In this document: one piece after another, positions 1-11,553 of the stretch
Layout of the letters: each line of letters starts with the position of its first letter
Position numbering within the stretch: position 1 is the stretch's first letter
Source of the DNA: Octopus sinensis
Taxonomy: Eukaryota
Length of the DNA: 64,000 nt
Assembly (NCBI RefSeq): GCF_006345805.1
Contig: NC_043004.1
Span: 95,914,001 to 95,978,000, forward strand
Reading direction: 5' to 3'
The notes under the pieces: generated by a model
What the model saw: the letters and a program-made list of their open reading frames with translations, nothing else
Database searches by the model: none
Told to the model about the DNA's origin: nothing
Made by a program: the position numbers and the translations under genes

Positions 1-185
1 TGCTATAACCATTCCTGCCGTCACCATCACCGTCACTAATACCATGACCATTACCATTGTCACTACCACCACAACCGCTATCACTATCACCACCACCACT
101 ACATACCACCATCACTATAAAGACATCATTGTTACCACTATCACAGCACAACAAAACAACAACACAGTAACAATATTAATAACAA

Positions 186-775
186 TGGCAGCAAGCTAGC
201 AGAAATGTTAACATCCGAGTGAAATGCTTAGCAATATTTTGACTATCTTTATGTTCTGAGTTCAAATTCTGCTGAGGTCGGCTTTGCCTTTCATCCTTTC
301 GGGGTCGATTAAATAAGTACCAGTTACTCACTGGGGTCAATATAATCGACTTAATCCATCTATCTCTCCTTGTTTGTCTCCTCTGTGCTTATCCCCTTGT
401 GGGTAGTAAAGAAATAGGTATTTCGTCTGCCGTTATGTTCTGAGTTCAAATTCTGCTGAGGTCGACTTCGCCTTTCATCCTTTTGGGGTCGATTAAATAA
501 GTACCAGTTACTCACTGGGGTCAATATAATCGACTTAATCCGTTTGTCTGTCCTTGTTTGTCCTCTCTGTGTTTAGCCCCTTGTGGGTAGTAAAGAAATA
601 GGTATTTTGTCTGTCTTTATGTTCTGAGTTCAAATTCTGCTAAGGTCGACTTTGCCTTTCATCCTTTCAGGGTCGATAAATTAAATACCAGTTGGATACT
701 GGGGTCGATCTTATTGACTGGCCTTTTCCTCCCACCCCACCCAAATTTCGGGCCTTGGGCCTAGAGTAGAAAAGA
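186..775 (+). mobile_element. tRNA-derived SINE, family A, with its ~180-bp core tandemly triplicated
   Basis: Head GCAAGCTAGCAGAAATGTTAAC, then three copies of TTCTGAGTTCAAATTCTGC..GCCTTTCATCCTTTCGGGGTCGAT..AAGTACCAG. The same family recurs more than 10 times in the window. Confidence 0.85.
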
Positions 776-1069
776 ATATCGAAAACAACAATGAGGGAGG
801 CCTCTAAGTAGTCATTCGATTTCCTGGATATAGCAGCCAAATCTCCTTCAGATCACGCCTATTCTGTTGGCAAAAGACAAGTACTACATTAGATAATGTA
901 GACCTGCGTGTCTTTAAATGAAATGGGATGGTCAGGATTGGAACACCTTTCAATACAGGTCTGCTTGTATGGGGTTGACCATGGACTGAACAATAACAAC
1001 AATAACCAGTTCATCATCATCATCCTCATCGTTATCATCAATATCAGCATCATCATCAGTCATCGTCAT

Positions 1070-1560
1070 CATCATCATCATCATTTAACATCCATTTTCC
1101 ATGTCGGCATGGGTTGGACGATTTAAAAAAATTTTTTATTTATTTATCTAGTTTCAGCTCACAAGCTGTGGCCATGCTGGGGCACTGCCATTTGGTGTTG
1201 CTACATGATTCTACTTCACGAATGCTTTTTAGCAATTGCCATTTGGTGCATGAGAGAGTTCGATGCAGCTGCCCTCATCTGCACCTCTTGCCGTGAAGTT
1301 GGTTCATCTGGGATACCTGACAAGAAGAGATCCAGTTTCTGCATCTACCCCATGCAGGTCTCTTAGGTTCTTCAGGAGGATATTGAAGAGCTGTGGATTT
1401 GATTGGAAGAGGTAAGTCAGAAGACTACACCAGGCTCTGCTGTCTGGTTTGGCATGGTTTCTACAGCTGGGCGCCCTTCCTAATGACAACAACTTTACAG
1501 GGTGTACTGGCTGCTATTTTTTTTTATATGTGGCATCAGCAGCAGTTAGATCCAAATAAC
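1070..1560 (-). mobile_element. RTE LINE 3' tail (degenerate), interrupted by another repeat
   Basis: (CAT)n followed by TTTAACATCCATTTTCCATG..GGGTTGGACG, the reverse complement of the 3' end of the RTE at 22141-24976. Confidence 0.7.
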
Positions 1561-1919
1561 TTGCTGGACAAGACCCTTTAACTAGGGTGGGATGAGAAAG
1601 TAGTATTGAGGGACAGGAAAGTGTCTTGCATTAAAAGAGAGACATGGCTACCCCAGATGGAGAAAAGAAAGATGAAAATGTGACACAGAAGGGGTGGTGT
1701 ACATCCAAGGTACAGGGTGGTGTATATAGTGAAGTGGACTGAGGATTGGAGAGGGTGAGAGGGTAGGTGAGTTCAAAAGATGTTGAAAGGATAGTAAGAA
1801 CTAGAGGTGAGGGGGGAAGGGATTTAACAGGGGAGAGGGGGAGTGATGGTGAGCATGGGTGGGTTGAAGTAGTAGGAGGTGGGGGGCATGGACATGGATT
1901 TTACCGTGCCGGGTGAGTC

Positions 1920-2150
1920 TTCATCATCATCATCATCATCGTTGTTGTCATCGTCGTTGTCATCATCATCATCATTGTCGTCATTTAACATCCACCTTCC
2001 ATGCTGGCATGGGTTAGATGGTTTCACTGAAACTGGTAACCCGGAGAGCTGCACCAGATTCCAGTCTGGTTTGGTTTGGTTTCTATGGCTAGATACCCTT
2101 CCTAACACCAACCACTCTGAGAGTGTAATAGGGGCTTTTTACGGACCCAT
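1920..2150 (-). mobile_element. RTE LINE 3' tail
   Basis: (CAT)n plus TTTAACATCCACCTTCCATGCTGGCATGGGTT..CCCTTCCTAACACCAACCACTC. Confidence 0.8.
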
Positions 2151-2804
2151 GATGATGACGGTGATGTGATGTGTGTGTGTGTGTGTGTGGTGAGTTTGTG
2201 AGTGTGTGATACAGTTATATTACATTGGCACACAGTCAATAACACACATAGGTACACATTTAATCACACACACACATGTATTCCTGGAGGAAAGGCAATG
2301 TCTGATACAACTTGGCAACCAGTCACCTTACAAACATTACCATCAGAACTCACAAAGCTTTAGCAATTCTGCTAATCCACTGCACTAAACTCCTAGTTTA
2401 ATGTGTGTAGAGAGGAGAGATATATTCTTCAATACATATATTTATGCATTCATACAAACACATGCATTATGTATCTCTCTACCTAGCTTTTAAAAATACC
2501 TTATGCATGAATTCTAAACAGCTTTGTACCGTACTGATACATGCTACAGACAAATCAAAAATTTCCTTTTGTTTAATGTGTATCTCACATTCAATGTTTT
2601 TTGTTGCTGCAATTCAATTTATTTTTTTATCATTATTATTATTATTTTTTTTTTGTTGAAATTGAAAATTCCTCGGAGTTCAATGTCTGAGAACCTTGTA
2701 GTTTATAATACTGCTACATGGTTCAATCAAATCAAAAAGTTTCCTTTTGGTAACGTGCATTGCATATTCAATGGTTTTTTTTATTTTGTATAAATACACA
2801 CACT

Positions 2805-2846
<42 letters not shown>

Positions 2847-3421
2847 TGTATATGTATATACAAGATCACTTGATTAATTTCTTTTATTGCATGAGAATAA
2901 CTAAAACATGAAACTCAGAGATGCAATTTCAGAATTTTCAGCTTAAAATAAATTCTATTACACACAGACACACACCATTTTTGCTATATACATATTATAT
3001 AATATACACTACACACACACATGTATGCGCACACACAAACACACACAAACACAGCGCAAAGTGAAAGTGCTTGACAAAATGTTCTGTTGTACTTGCTATG
3101 GTCTGGTAGATCTTGAGTTCAAATCCTATCTCCTCTTATTGGAAGAATATGTCTTCATAGAAGTAAGATAGGATTTTCCTATATTCACCGCCTGCACACA
3201 TCTCTGTCTACAAATATTCAGTGAAGCTCTACATAAGGCCATAAATTTACCAGCTGTTATTTCTAGCAATGATCGTACTTCGTGTACATCTGCTTTATAT
3301 AGTTATAATTCTACATATGGTGTTTTATTCTTGCTGGATATTAATATTATTTTGATAATATTCATATTTTCATGTATATATATATATACTCAAAATAAGC
3401 AACAAGAATATCTTTGGTAAT

Positions 3422-3507
3422 TCAGTACGATCGTTTCAGACTACATCATTTTATTAAACATTGTAAGTATTACAACAGTTTTAAAATGTTGAGCAATCAT
3501 CAGCCAT
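3422..3507 (-). ncRNA. Type I hammerhead-like motif (helix I decayed)
   Basis: Minus strand: ATGG CTGATGA TTGCT..long hairpin..TAGTCT GAAA CGATCG TA CTGA. Core intact and ACGATCGT palindrome present. Same family as 31931-32016. Confidence 0.65.
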
Positions 3508-3650
3508 TTATAGAGGTTTTCCATCAATACATATACTGATTTTCATGTTAATTGATAACATTATAAAGGGGGTAGATATATAGATAGAGATGTTGATTTG
3601 AATGTTAAGAACATTAAGGTATTAGAATTCATCTTCTGACTGAAGAATAT

Positions 3651-4038
3651 ATCTCTCTATATATAAACGGCAGTTTGTCTGTGCGTGTTTCTGTGTGTCT
3701 GTTTGCTTGTACCCTCACCCTGACCACGGCTTTCAACCGATTCTGATGAAACTTGACACACACATAGCCCAATGTCATAATTCAAAACTAACGCAGCCAA
3801 AATTTTGAAAAGTTTCCCCAGTTCTGAAAAAAATCGATAAATTCGACATGGGGTCGAGAATCAGAAACACGAACCACAAACTGTCTAGGGGATGCAACTC
3901 CATCCTTTTTTAACTCTCAAAAAAAAATTTACCATCATTTTTTTCCATTTTTTTGCTATTTTTGGCTATAACTCTCTAAAAATGCTTTATAGTTATTTCC
4001 CTTACAAACCTGAGCAACGCCGGGCGATACTGCTAGTA
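3651..4038 (-). mobile_element. Helentron/Helitron-like non-autonomous element
   Basis: Minus strand begins TACTAGCAGTATCGCCCGGCGTTGCTC and ends ..CCGTTTATATATAGAGAGAT. Shares internal sequence with 16651-17430. Confidence 0.7.
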
Positions 4039-4071
4039 TATATATATATATTATATATATATATATATATA

Positions 4072-4431
4072 TGCTTTCACTGTGACGGTTTTGTTAAACA
4101 GTGTTGACTCTTACAATTCTGCAAATAATAATAATAATTTTTATAAGCTTAAAGATTATAGTGATCACTGCACAATAACTAAAAAAAATTGTCTTGTCTA
4201 ATAATGGGGCATATAAGCCCTTGACAGAAAAAAGTAGGTTTTCCCATATGCGTAAGACTTGGACCTACACCTACCTTTTTCTGTCGTGGGCTTATATGCC
4301 CCATTATTAGACAATTTTTTTTATTCATTGTATGGTGATCATGATAAGCTTTAAATTTATAAAATACTATTATATTATTTACAGAATTGTAAAAATCGAC
4401 ACTGCTTAACAAAACCATCACAGTGAAAGCA
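4072..4431. mobile_element. Foldback MITE-like element, arms ~165 bp (copy 1)
   Basis: TGCTTTCACTGTGA..AAAATTGTCTAATAATGGGGCATATAAGCCC is mirrored by GGGCTTATATGCCCCATTATTAGACAATTTT..TCACAGTGAAAGCA. Confidence 0.75.
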
Positions 4432-4609
4432 CAGGAAAGTCTGTGAAAGTCTTCACAGCTGCATAAAGCAATGAGAGAAATGTGTAACCATTGGTGGTGG
4501 TGGCTGTGTAGAGAAGGACTAATAATTATGCCAAGTTTCATTTAATCCAGTCCTTGAGAAGTGGGTCTGGCGAAATCTTTAATGAACCCTCCTCATGTAT
4601 ATATATATA

Positions 4610-5013
4610 TTCTTTTATTCTTTTACTTGTTTCAGTCCTTTGACTGTCACCATGATGGAACACCCCTTAAAGGATTTTAGGTTTTAGTCAAAGAAATCAA
4701 CTCCAAGACTTATTGTTTGTAAGCCTAATATTTATTCCATTGGTCTCTTTTGCTGAACCACTAATTATTGGGACCTAAACACACCAGCATCGATTGTCAA
4801 GCAATGGTGGTGGGGACAAACACAGACACAAAGACACACACACATAAATATATACACATATATATATGATGGGCTTCTTTCAGTTTCCGTCTACCAAATC
4901 CATCATAAGGCTTTAGTCGACACTAGTCTATAGAAGAAGTCTTTTGCCCATGTAGTGTGACTGAACCATGTGGATGGGAAGTAAGCTTCTCACTACACAG
5001 CCACGCCTGTACC

Positions 5014-5062
<49 letters not shown>

Positions 5063-5212
5063 GGTACAGGCGTGGCTGTGTAGTGAGAAGCTTACTTCCC
5101 ATCCACATGGTTCAGTCACACTACATGGGCAAAAGACTTCTTCTATAGACTAGTGTCGACTAAAGCCTTATGAATGGATTTGGTAGACGGAAACTGAAAG
5201 AAGCCCATCATA
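4610..5212 (-). mobile_element. SINE family B with its 5' ~150 bp duplicated in inverted orientation across (TA)n (copy 1)
   Basis: Approx. 4865-5012 is the near-perfect reverse complement of approx. 5062-5211. Confidence 0.8.
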
Positions 5213-5232
5213 TATATATGGTATATATACTA

Positions 5233-5273
<41 letters not shown>

Positions 5274-5307
5274 TATATATATATATATATGAGTATATAT
5301 ATATATA

Positions 5308-5664
5308 TGCTTTCACTGTGACGGTTTTGTTAAACAGTGTTGACTCTTACAATTCTGCAAATAATAATAATAATATTTTATAAGCTTAAAGATTATAGTG
5401 ATCACTGCACAATAACTAAAAAAAATTGTCTAATAATGGGGCATATAAGCCCTTGACAGAAAAAAGTAGGTTTTCCCATATGCGTAAGACTTGGACCTAC
5501 ACCTACCTTTTTCTGTCGTGGGCTTATATGCCCCATTATTAGACAATTTTTTTTATTCATTGTATGGTGATCATGATAAGCTTTAAATTTATAAAATACT
5601 ATTATTATTATTTACAGAATTGTAAAAATCGACACTGCTTAACAAAACCATCACAGTGAAAGCA
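5308..5664. mobile_element. Foldback MITE-like element (copy 2, within the duplication)
   Basis: Same imperfect inverted repeat as 4072-4431. Confidence 0.75.
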
Positions 5665-5844
5665 CAGGAAAGTCTGTGAAAGTCTTCACAGCTGCATAAA
5701 GCAATGAGAGAAATGTGTAACCATTGGTGGTGGCTGTGTAGAGAAGGACTAATAATTATGCCAAGTTTCATTTAATCCAGTCCTTGAGAAGTGGGTCTGG
5801 CGAAATCTTTAATGAACCCTCCTCATGTATATATATATATTCTT

Positions 5845-6243
5845 TTATTCTTTTACTTGTTTCAGTCCTTTGACTGTCACCATGATGGAACACCCCTTAA
5901 AGGATTTTAGGTTTTAGTCAAAGAAATCAACTCCAAGACTTATTGTTTGTAAGCCTAATATTTATTCCATTGGTCTCTTTTGCTGAACCACTAAATTATT
6001 GGGACCTAAACACACCAGCATCGATTGTCAAGCAATGGTGGTGGGGACAAACACAGACACAAAGACACACACACATAAATATATACACATATATATATGA
6101 TGGGCTTCTTTCAGTTTCCGTCTACCAAATCCATTCATAAGGCTTTAGTCGACACTAGTCTATAGAAGAAGTCTTTTGCCCATGTAGTGTGACTGAACCA
6201 TGTGGATGGGAAGTAAGCTTCTCACTACACAGCCACGCCTGTA

Positions 6244-6295
<52 letters not shown>

Positions 6296-6440
6296 TACAG
6301 GCGTGGCTGTGTAGTGAGAAGCTTACTTCCCATCCACATGGTTCAGTCACCCTACATGGGCAAAAGACTTCTTCTATAGACTAGTGTCGACTAAAGCCTT
6401 ATGAATGGATTTGGTAGACGGAAACTGAAAGAAGCCCATC
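5845..6440 (-). mobile_element. SINE family B with inverted head duplication (copy 2)
   Basis: Same palindrome centred on the (TA)n at ~6246-6292, with one mismatch seen between arms. Confidence 0.8.
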
Positions 6441-6445
6441 ATATA

Positions 6446-6488
<43 letters not shown>

Positions 6489-6536
6489 GAATATATATAT
6501 ATATATATAATATTATATATATATATATATATAATA

Positions 6537-6582
<46 letters not shown>

Positions 6583-6610
6583 GTATATATATATATACAT
6601 ACACACATAA

Positions 6611-6840
6611 AAGGCGGTGAGCTGGCAGAAACGTTAGCACACCGGGCAAAATGCGTAGCTGTATTTCGTCTGCCGTTGCGTTCTGAGTTCAAATTCCGCC
6701 GAGGTCGATTTGCCTTTCATCTTTTGAGGTCGATAAATTAAGTACCAGTTACACACTGGGATCAATATAATCGACTTAATCCGTTTGTCTGTCCTTGTGT
6801 GTCCCCTCTGTGTTTAGCCCCTTGTGGGTAGTAAAGAAAT
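6611..6840 (+). mobile_element. SINE family A
   Basis: GGCGGTGAGCTGGCAGAAACGTTAGC..GAGTTCAAATTCC (B box)..GTAGTAAAGAAAT. Confidence 0.85.
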
Positions 6841-8228
6841 ATATATATACACACACACATACATATATGTGTGATTGTGTGTTTCCTTGCTTTGGCATAG
6901 CATGATAGTTGTAAATGAATGTTGCCCTCGTGCTAGCAATGTCCATCATTTCTAACCCTCTGTGAAAATATGTTTGGTTTAGAGGATATTTACCTTACTT
7001 GGAAACAGGTAAGGGTTAGCAACAGGAAGAGTACCTGCCCATAGAAAATCTACTTCAACAAATTCTGTTCAGCTTATGCAAGCATGGAAAAGGGGACATT
7101 AAAACTATGGTGAAGATGATGATTATGATAACGATGTGAATATATGCATACATACATACATACATACATACGTGTATGTGTGTGTGTGTGGTGTGTGTTT
7201 GAGTGTGTGTAAAATAATTTTTTCATCATATCTATAAAAGGGAGGATGTGTGTGCGTGAGTGTGTGTGTGTACATGATTGTAATTTATGCACGTCCACAA
7301 ATTAGCACGCATGTCGTTCAAATTTTAGGACATTTGTCAACACCCTATCTGGGTTTTGTCAACTTATTTTTTCCCCTAGGCACCCGTGGGTAGCATAAAT
7401 ATCTATTTTCAGATATAACTTTTAGCCACGAAAAATATCAGCCTTAGCTTTTTTGATGGCGTCTAACAAAATAATAAGATAAAGAAAAGTGGAAGAAGGA
7501 GGCAGAGAGTTTCAAGGGAAAGACAAAGTGAGAGAGGGAGAGAGAAAGAGAGTAAGTGATGGCGTTCATAAAAGATAAAATGTAAAATGTTTTGTTTTTT
7601 GTTTTTGAAAGACACTATATTTTATAATGATAGTATAATATACTTTCTCACACAATAATTACAATATACTGCATTCCCTTTTATTTGTTTGTACGCATGT
7701 GTGTGGGTCAGTGTGTGTGTGTGTGTGTGTGTGTGCCTATACACGCACGCATGTACGTATGTATGTGTGTGTGTGTTTGTTTGCACGTGTTTGTATGTTA
7801 GATATGTAAATAAACAGATCAATATACAGACGGATAGGTATATAGACTATATGAACAGATACATATGGAGAGATGGATCTACACATATAAAGATGCACAT
7901 CCATACATACAAACATGGTACATAGTTACATAACACACACACACAGATATGCACACACAAGGAGACAGAGGTGCATATATATACAAACACACGCTCACAT
8001 ACACACATACATAGAAAATACATAAACATGGACAGGCAAGCACATAAATATTTAGGATACGTACATACAGATGCACACACATACATATATACATACAAAC
8101 ACATGCAAACACACACACATATACATACGTACATGCGTGCATGTATAGGCACACACACACACTGACCCACACACATGTGCACAAACAAACAAAAAGGAAC
8201 GCAGTGTAAATAACGGACGGAGTCAAGA

Positions 8229-8265
8229 CTATTGAAAAGGTTTCAAGACGCAACGAAAATTTTAG
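8229..8265 (+). ncRNA. Candidate minimal hammerhead with U3-A8 core variant
   Basis: CTA TTGAAAA G GTTTC AAGAC GCAAC GAAA ATT T TAG: helix I CTA/TAG, helix II 4 of 5 bp, palindromic AATT helix III. Confidence 0.4.
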
Positions 8266-8938
8266 GAAAATAGAAAAAAGAAATAACTGGAAATTTTACC
8301 GGTGTGTGTGTTAAATAATAAGGCACAAACAGGAAATGACTCTCCCCAGACACAACAGAATATGCTTCAACACACGAACTCATATAAAGAATCTTGCAAA
8401 CCAAATCCAAAAACGAATTACAATATATTTATTTTTAATCCTTTATTTATTTTAAATCGTTCATCTTTCTCCCCCCCCCCTCTCTGTCTCACACACATTA
8501 CTTTGGGTGCGAAAGAGTTTTGTTTTTATTTTTACACCGAGTAAAAAAGTGTTTTGTTGACAATCCATTTATTTAACAACAAAAAAACAAAGAGGTGAGT
8601 AATAATTTGTCAGTGAATTACACAATATAAATGAGTACAATTTGTGAGGCTTCCACCTCACCCCACTCCGTTTCACGGACCATAAAAAAGGTCTTGAGGC
8701 CAGAGTAGTTAATTCCACGCAAAAAAAACGATTTTTTTTCTTAGTGAAAATCGTACGAGTGTTAATCTACAAATTTAACATTTTTTTCCCATTCATTTCT
8801 GTTTATGAACATGTATGCGTGCATAAAACATGCAATAGGTGTACGTACGTATGTGTGTGTATGTGTGTTCGTGTCTGTTGCCCATATAGATTTATATTAT
8901 ATTATATATATATAATATATTTATATATATATATATAT

Positions 8939-9641
8939 AAGAAATATGGAATTTCTAAATCTCTCGTAGAGACATGTACGGTGGTGGGGTGATAGAATGG
9001 TTGTATACTGTCAATCTAACAAGAACGTGACAGTAGGGAGTACACCACCGCTGTATAGCCCTAGGAAGCATCGAACGCCTCCTGATAGCTTTGACACATT
9101 TTTTCCCTGTGTCCTTATATACATATATACATATATACATATATACATATATACATATATAAGGACACAAGGAAAAAATGTGTCAAAGCTATCAGGAGGC
9201 GTTCGATGCTTCCTAGGCCTATACAGCGATGGTGTACCCCTACTGTCACGTTCTTGTTAGATTGACAGTATACAACCATTCTATCGCCCCACCACCGTAC
9301 ATGTTTCTACGAGAGATTTAGAAATTCAATATTTCTTATTTTGATAATCAGTGAATAAACTTCACTGAATATAGATATATACAATTATGAAGTCGAGGCA
9401 AATATCACCAGCTGACCGGTGTCTGCTACTCTAGGCCGATGAAGGACAACGATCCTGAAACACGGTGTCCCTAGATGCAGTTCCTGCAGCCGGGGGTGTT
9501 TGTCTCCCCTTCGTATATGTATATAAGGACAAAGGTAAAAAATGTGTCAAAGCTATCAGGAGGCGTTCGATGCATCCTAGGGCTATACAGCGGTGGTGTA
9601 CCCCCTACTGTCACGTTCTTGTTAGATTGACAGTATACAAC

Positions 9642-9650
<9 letters not shown>
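8939..9650. mobile_element. Retrozyme/PLE-like element: 364-bp direct-repeat unit containing a hammerhead, preceded by an inverted partial copy
   Basis: AAGGACA..TGTGTCAAAGCTATCAGGAGGCGTTCGATGC occurs at 9161 and 9525. 8939-9120 is an imperfect reverse complement of 9157-9337. Hammerhead at 9430-9475. Confidence 0.7.
9430..9475 (+). ncRNA. Type I hammerhead ribozyme motif (U4C core)
   Basis: TCTAGG CCGATGA AGGA CAACGA TCCT GAAA CACGGTG TC CCTAGA: 6-bp helix I, 4-bp helix II, near-palindromic helix III, GUC triplet. Confidence 0.75.
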
Positions 9651-9692
<42 letters not shown>

Positions 9693-10283
9693 ATATATAC
9701 ACACATATATAATATAACTAATTTCAACAGATTTCGCCCAAATTGGACGTTTATATTACTTAGTTTGGTTTGAAATAAAGAACTTGATTAGCTTAATAAT
9801 CGTAACTTAATCCCGTGCAAGGCTGGGTTATACTGCTAGTATTCTCTAAAATACCTCTTCGTATAACTTTTGCACTGAAACATGAATCTTCATAATTTAA
9901 TATGTGGAATGGCACCATTTAATGTATGGATTAGTAGAATCTTGAGTGGGTCAGAGAAATACTTATGGTATTTATGGTCTTTTATGCTTTAAATTAAAAT
10001 CCTGCCAAAGACAACTTTGCTTTCCATTCTTCAAGAATCAATTAAAAATATAGTAGCAGTCAAGTACTGAAGTCAATTTAATATTCCTATAAATCATCTC
10101 GACATCACTGTCATTCTATCAGAAAAGAAATGATTTATATCTAACAGAATGAGTGCCAGCTGCTAAAAATTGTACTATTTGTACTAAAAATTGTACTATT
10201 TGTACTAAAAATTGTACTATTAATAACAATTAATATCAAATATGTTGTAACAAAATAAGAATATTAATTGTTGATTAATGAAT

Positions 10284-10466
10284 GATGTTTGAGACATTTG
10301 GAGGAACTGGGCCACTAACAATGAATTATTGTCATCATTGGCAGCTCGCCTCACCAAGGTGTCAGGTGATGCCCTTGAGGGAATTTGGCTGTTCCAATGT
10401 TTTAACCTCCCCATCACTAGTTGTAATGCCATGAGCATGCTGGCTTGCTTCAGGAGGTTCCATTGA
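10284..10466 (+). mobile_element. C-terminal relic of a CRE/SLACS-clade non-LTR retrotransposon ORF
   Basis: With one frameshift reads MFETFGGTGP../LLSSLAARLTKVSGDALEGIWLFQCFNLPITSCNAMSMLAC, resembling the CRE-type FETxGxxGP..L..RL..VTGD..E..WLxQR.S.A..RGNA..L ending. Confidence 0.55.
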
Positions 10467-10620
10467 ACGTTGTGGTGTGTGAACATTTCAAACACTTGGT
10501 GCTGCATTCTTGTTCTTTTTTCTTTCTCCCCCTTTTTAAATTTTTCTTTCTTCCCCTTGTTAATTATTTTCTTGTTTTCCTTTTGTAAAATATATTCCTG
10601 TTCATATTTTGAATAAACTC

Positions 10621-10800
10621 TCAGAATGAGATAAAAATCCAAGGCTGTGAAAGATTTTAGAACATTTATGAATAGAAAGTCTTACAGCTGTTTCCGGGAT
10701 ATTTTAAATATCCCTTCATCGGAGACAGAAACAGCTGTAAAACCTTCTATTTATAAATGTCCTAAAGTCTTTCACAGCCTTGGATTTTATCTCATTCTGA
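10621..10800. repeat. 180-bp imperfect inverted repeat (arms ~74 bp) with a central hammerhead
   Basis: TCAGAATGAGATAAAAATCCAAGGCTGTGAAAG.. is mirrored by ..CTTTCACAGCCTTGGATTTTATCTCATTCTGA. Confidence 0.85.
10679..10726 (-). ncRNA. Type I hammerhead ribozyme motif (U4C core)
   Basis: Minus strand: GTCT CCGATGA A GGGATAT TTAAA ATATCCC G GAAA CAGCTG TA AGAC. 7-bp helix II, ACAGCTGT palindrome, GUA triplet. Confidence 0.7.
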
Positions 10801-10998
10801 AAAAAAAAATTATATATATACATGCTGGTATATGACCTATGTTGGACTCCTTATTCATATAATCACCAAATCTCGAGCTTAACTATGGTCTGTCCCTAGC
10901 ACTTACTCAGTATTACCTGACACCTTTGGGTCTTATTGACACCATTAACTCTCATAACCTATCTCTCTATATATATATTAATACAAATAATATATATA

Positions 10999-11051
<53 letters not shown>

Positions 11052-11553
11052 GCATATATGGGTACAGGACATCATAAAATGTAAACAACATGAAATACAA
11101 AATATGAAAACATGGAATATGAACTTATTTTGCGAACAATGAAATAAATAAATGGAAAACATGCTCTATTGTCCCTGAAAGTTGTTTTTTTTATATCTAC
11201 TACAGATTGCTTGGAACTAATTTTCTTCCTACACCTCAGTCCCTGGATCTTACATAATCATCATCATCATCATTTAATGTCTGCTTTCCATGCTGGCAAG
11301 GGTTGGATGGTTTGATCAATTTATACTTATACTTTCTATGTCCCACATATTGAATGCAGGATAAGGTACCAGTTACACAAAATTATCATGGATTACCGTG
11401 GTGAACATACTAAGGATATATATACAAATTTTCATACCAATGTTTACCTACCTAAATCAAAGCCAGTAACTTTAATTTCAAAAACACCCTTCCATATATA
11501 TTTTCCAGATTTTTAAAATAACATTCGATCTATTCTACAAACTTCACCTTCTC

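Larger units (their letters stand above)
4072..6445. repeat. Near-identical tandem duplication, period 1236 bp (units start at 4072 and 5308)
   Basis: Both units start TGCTTTCACTGTGACGG and differ mainly by small indels and (TA)n length. Confidence 0.9.

Noticed and set aside
8200-8760. CpG-rich promoter/first exon with donor GAG|GTGAGT at 8594
   Set aside because: Part of the CpG signal comes from a repeat (shared with 19152-19195), and no TSS evidence can be read from sequence alone.
10220-10642. 140-aa minus-strand ORF
   Set aside because: Low-complexity Lys-rich start. The recognisable signal is the CRE-like peptide on the plus strand.
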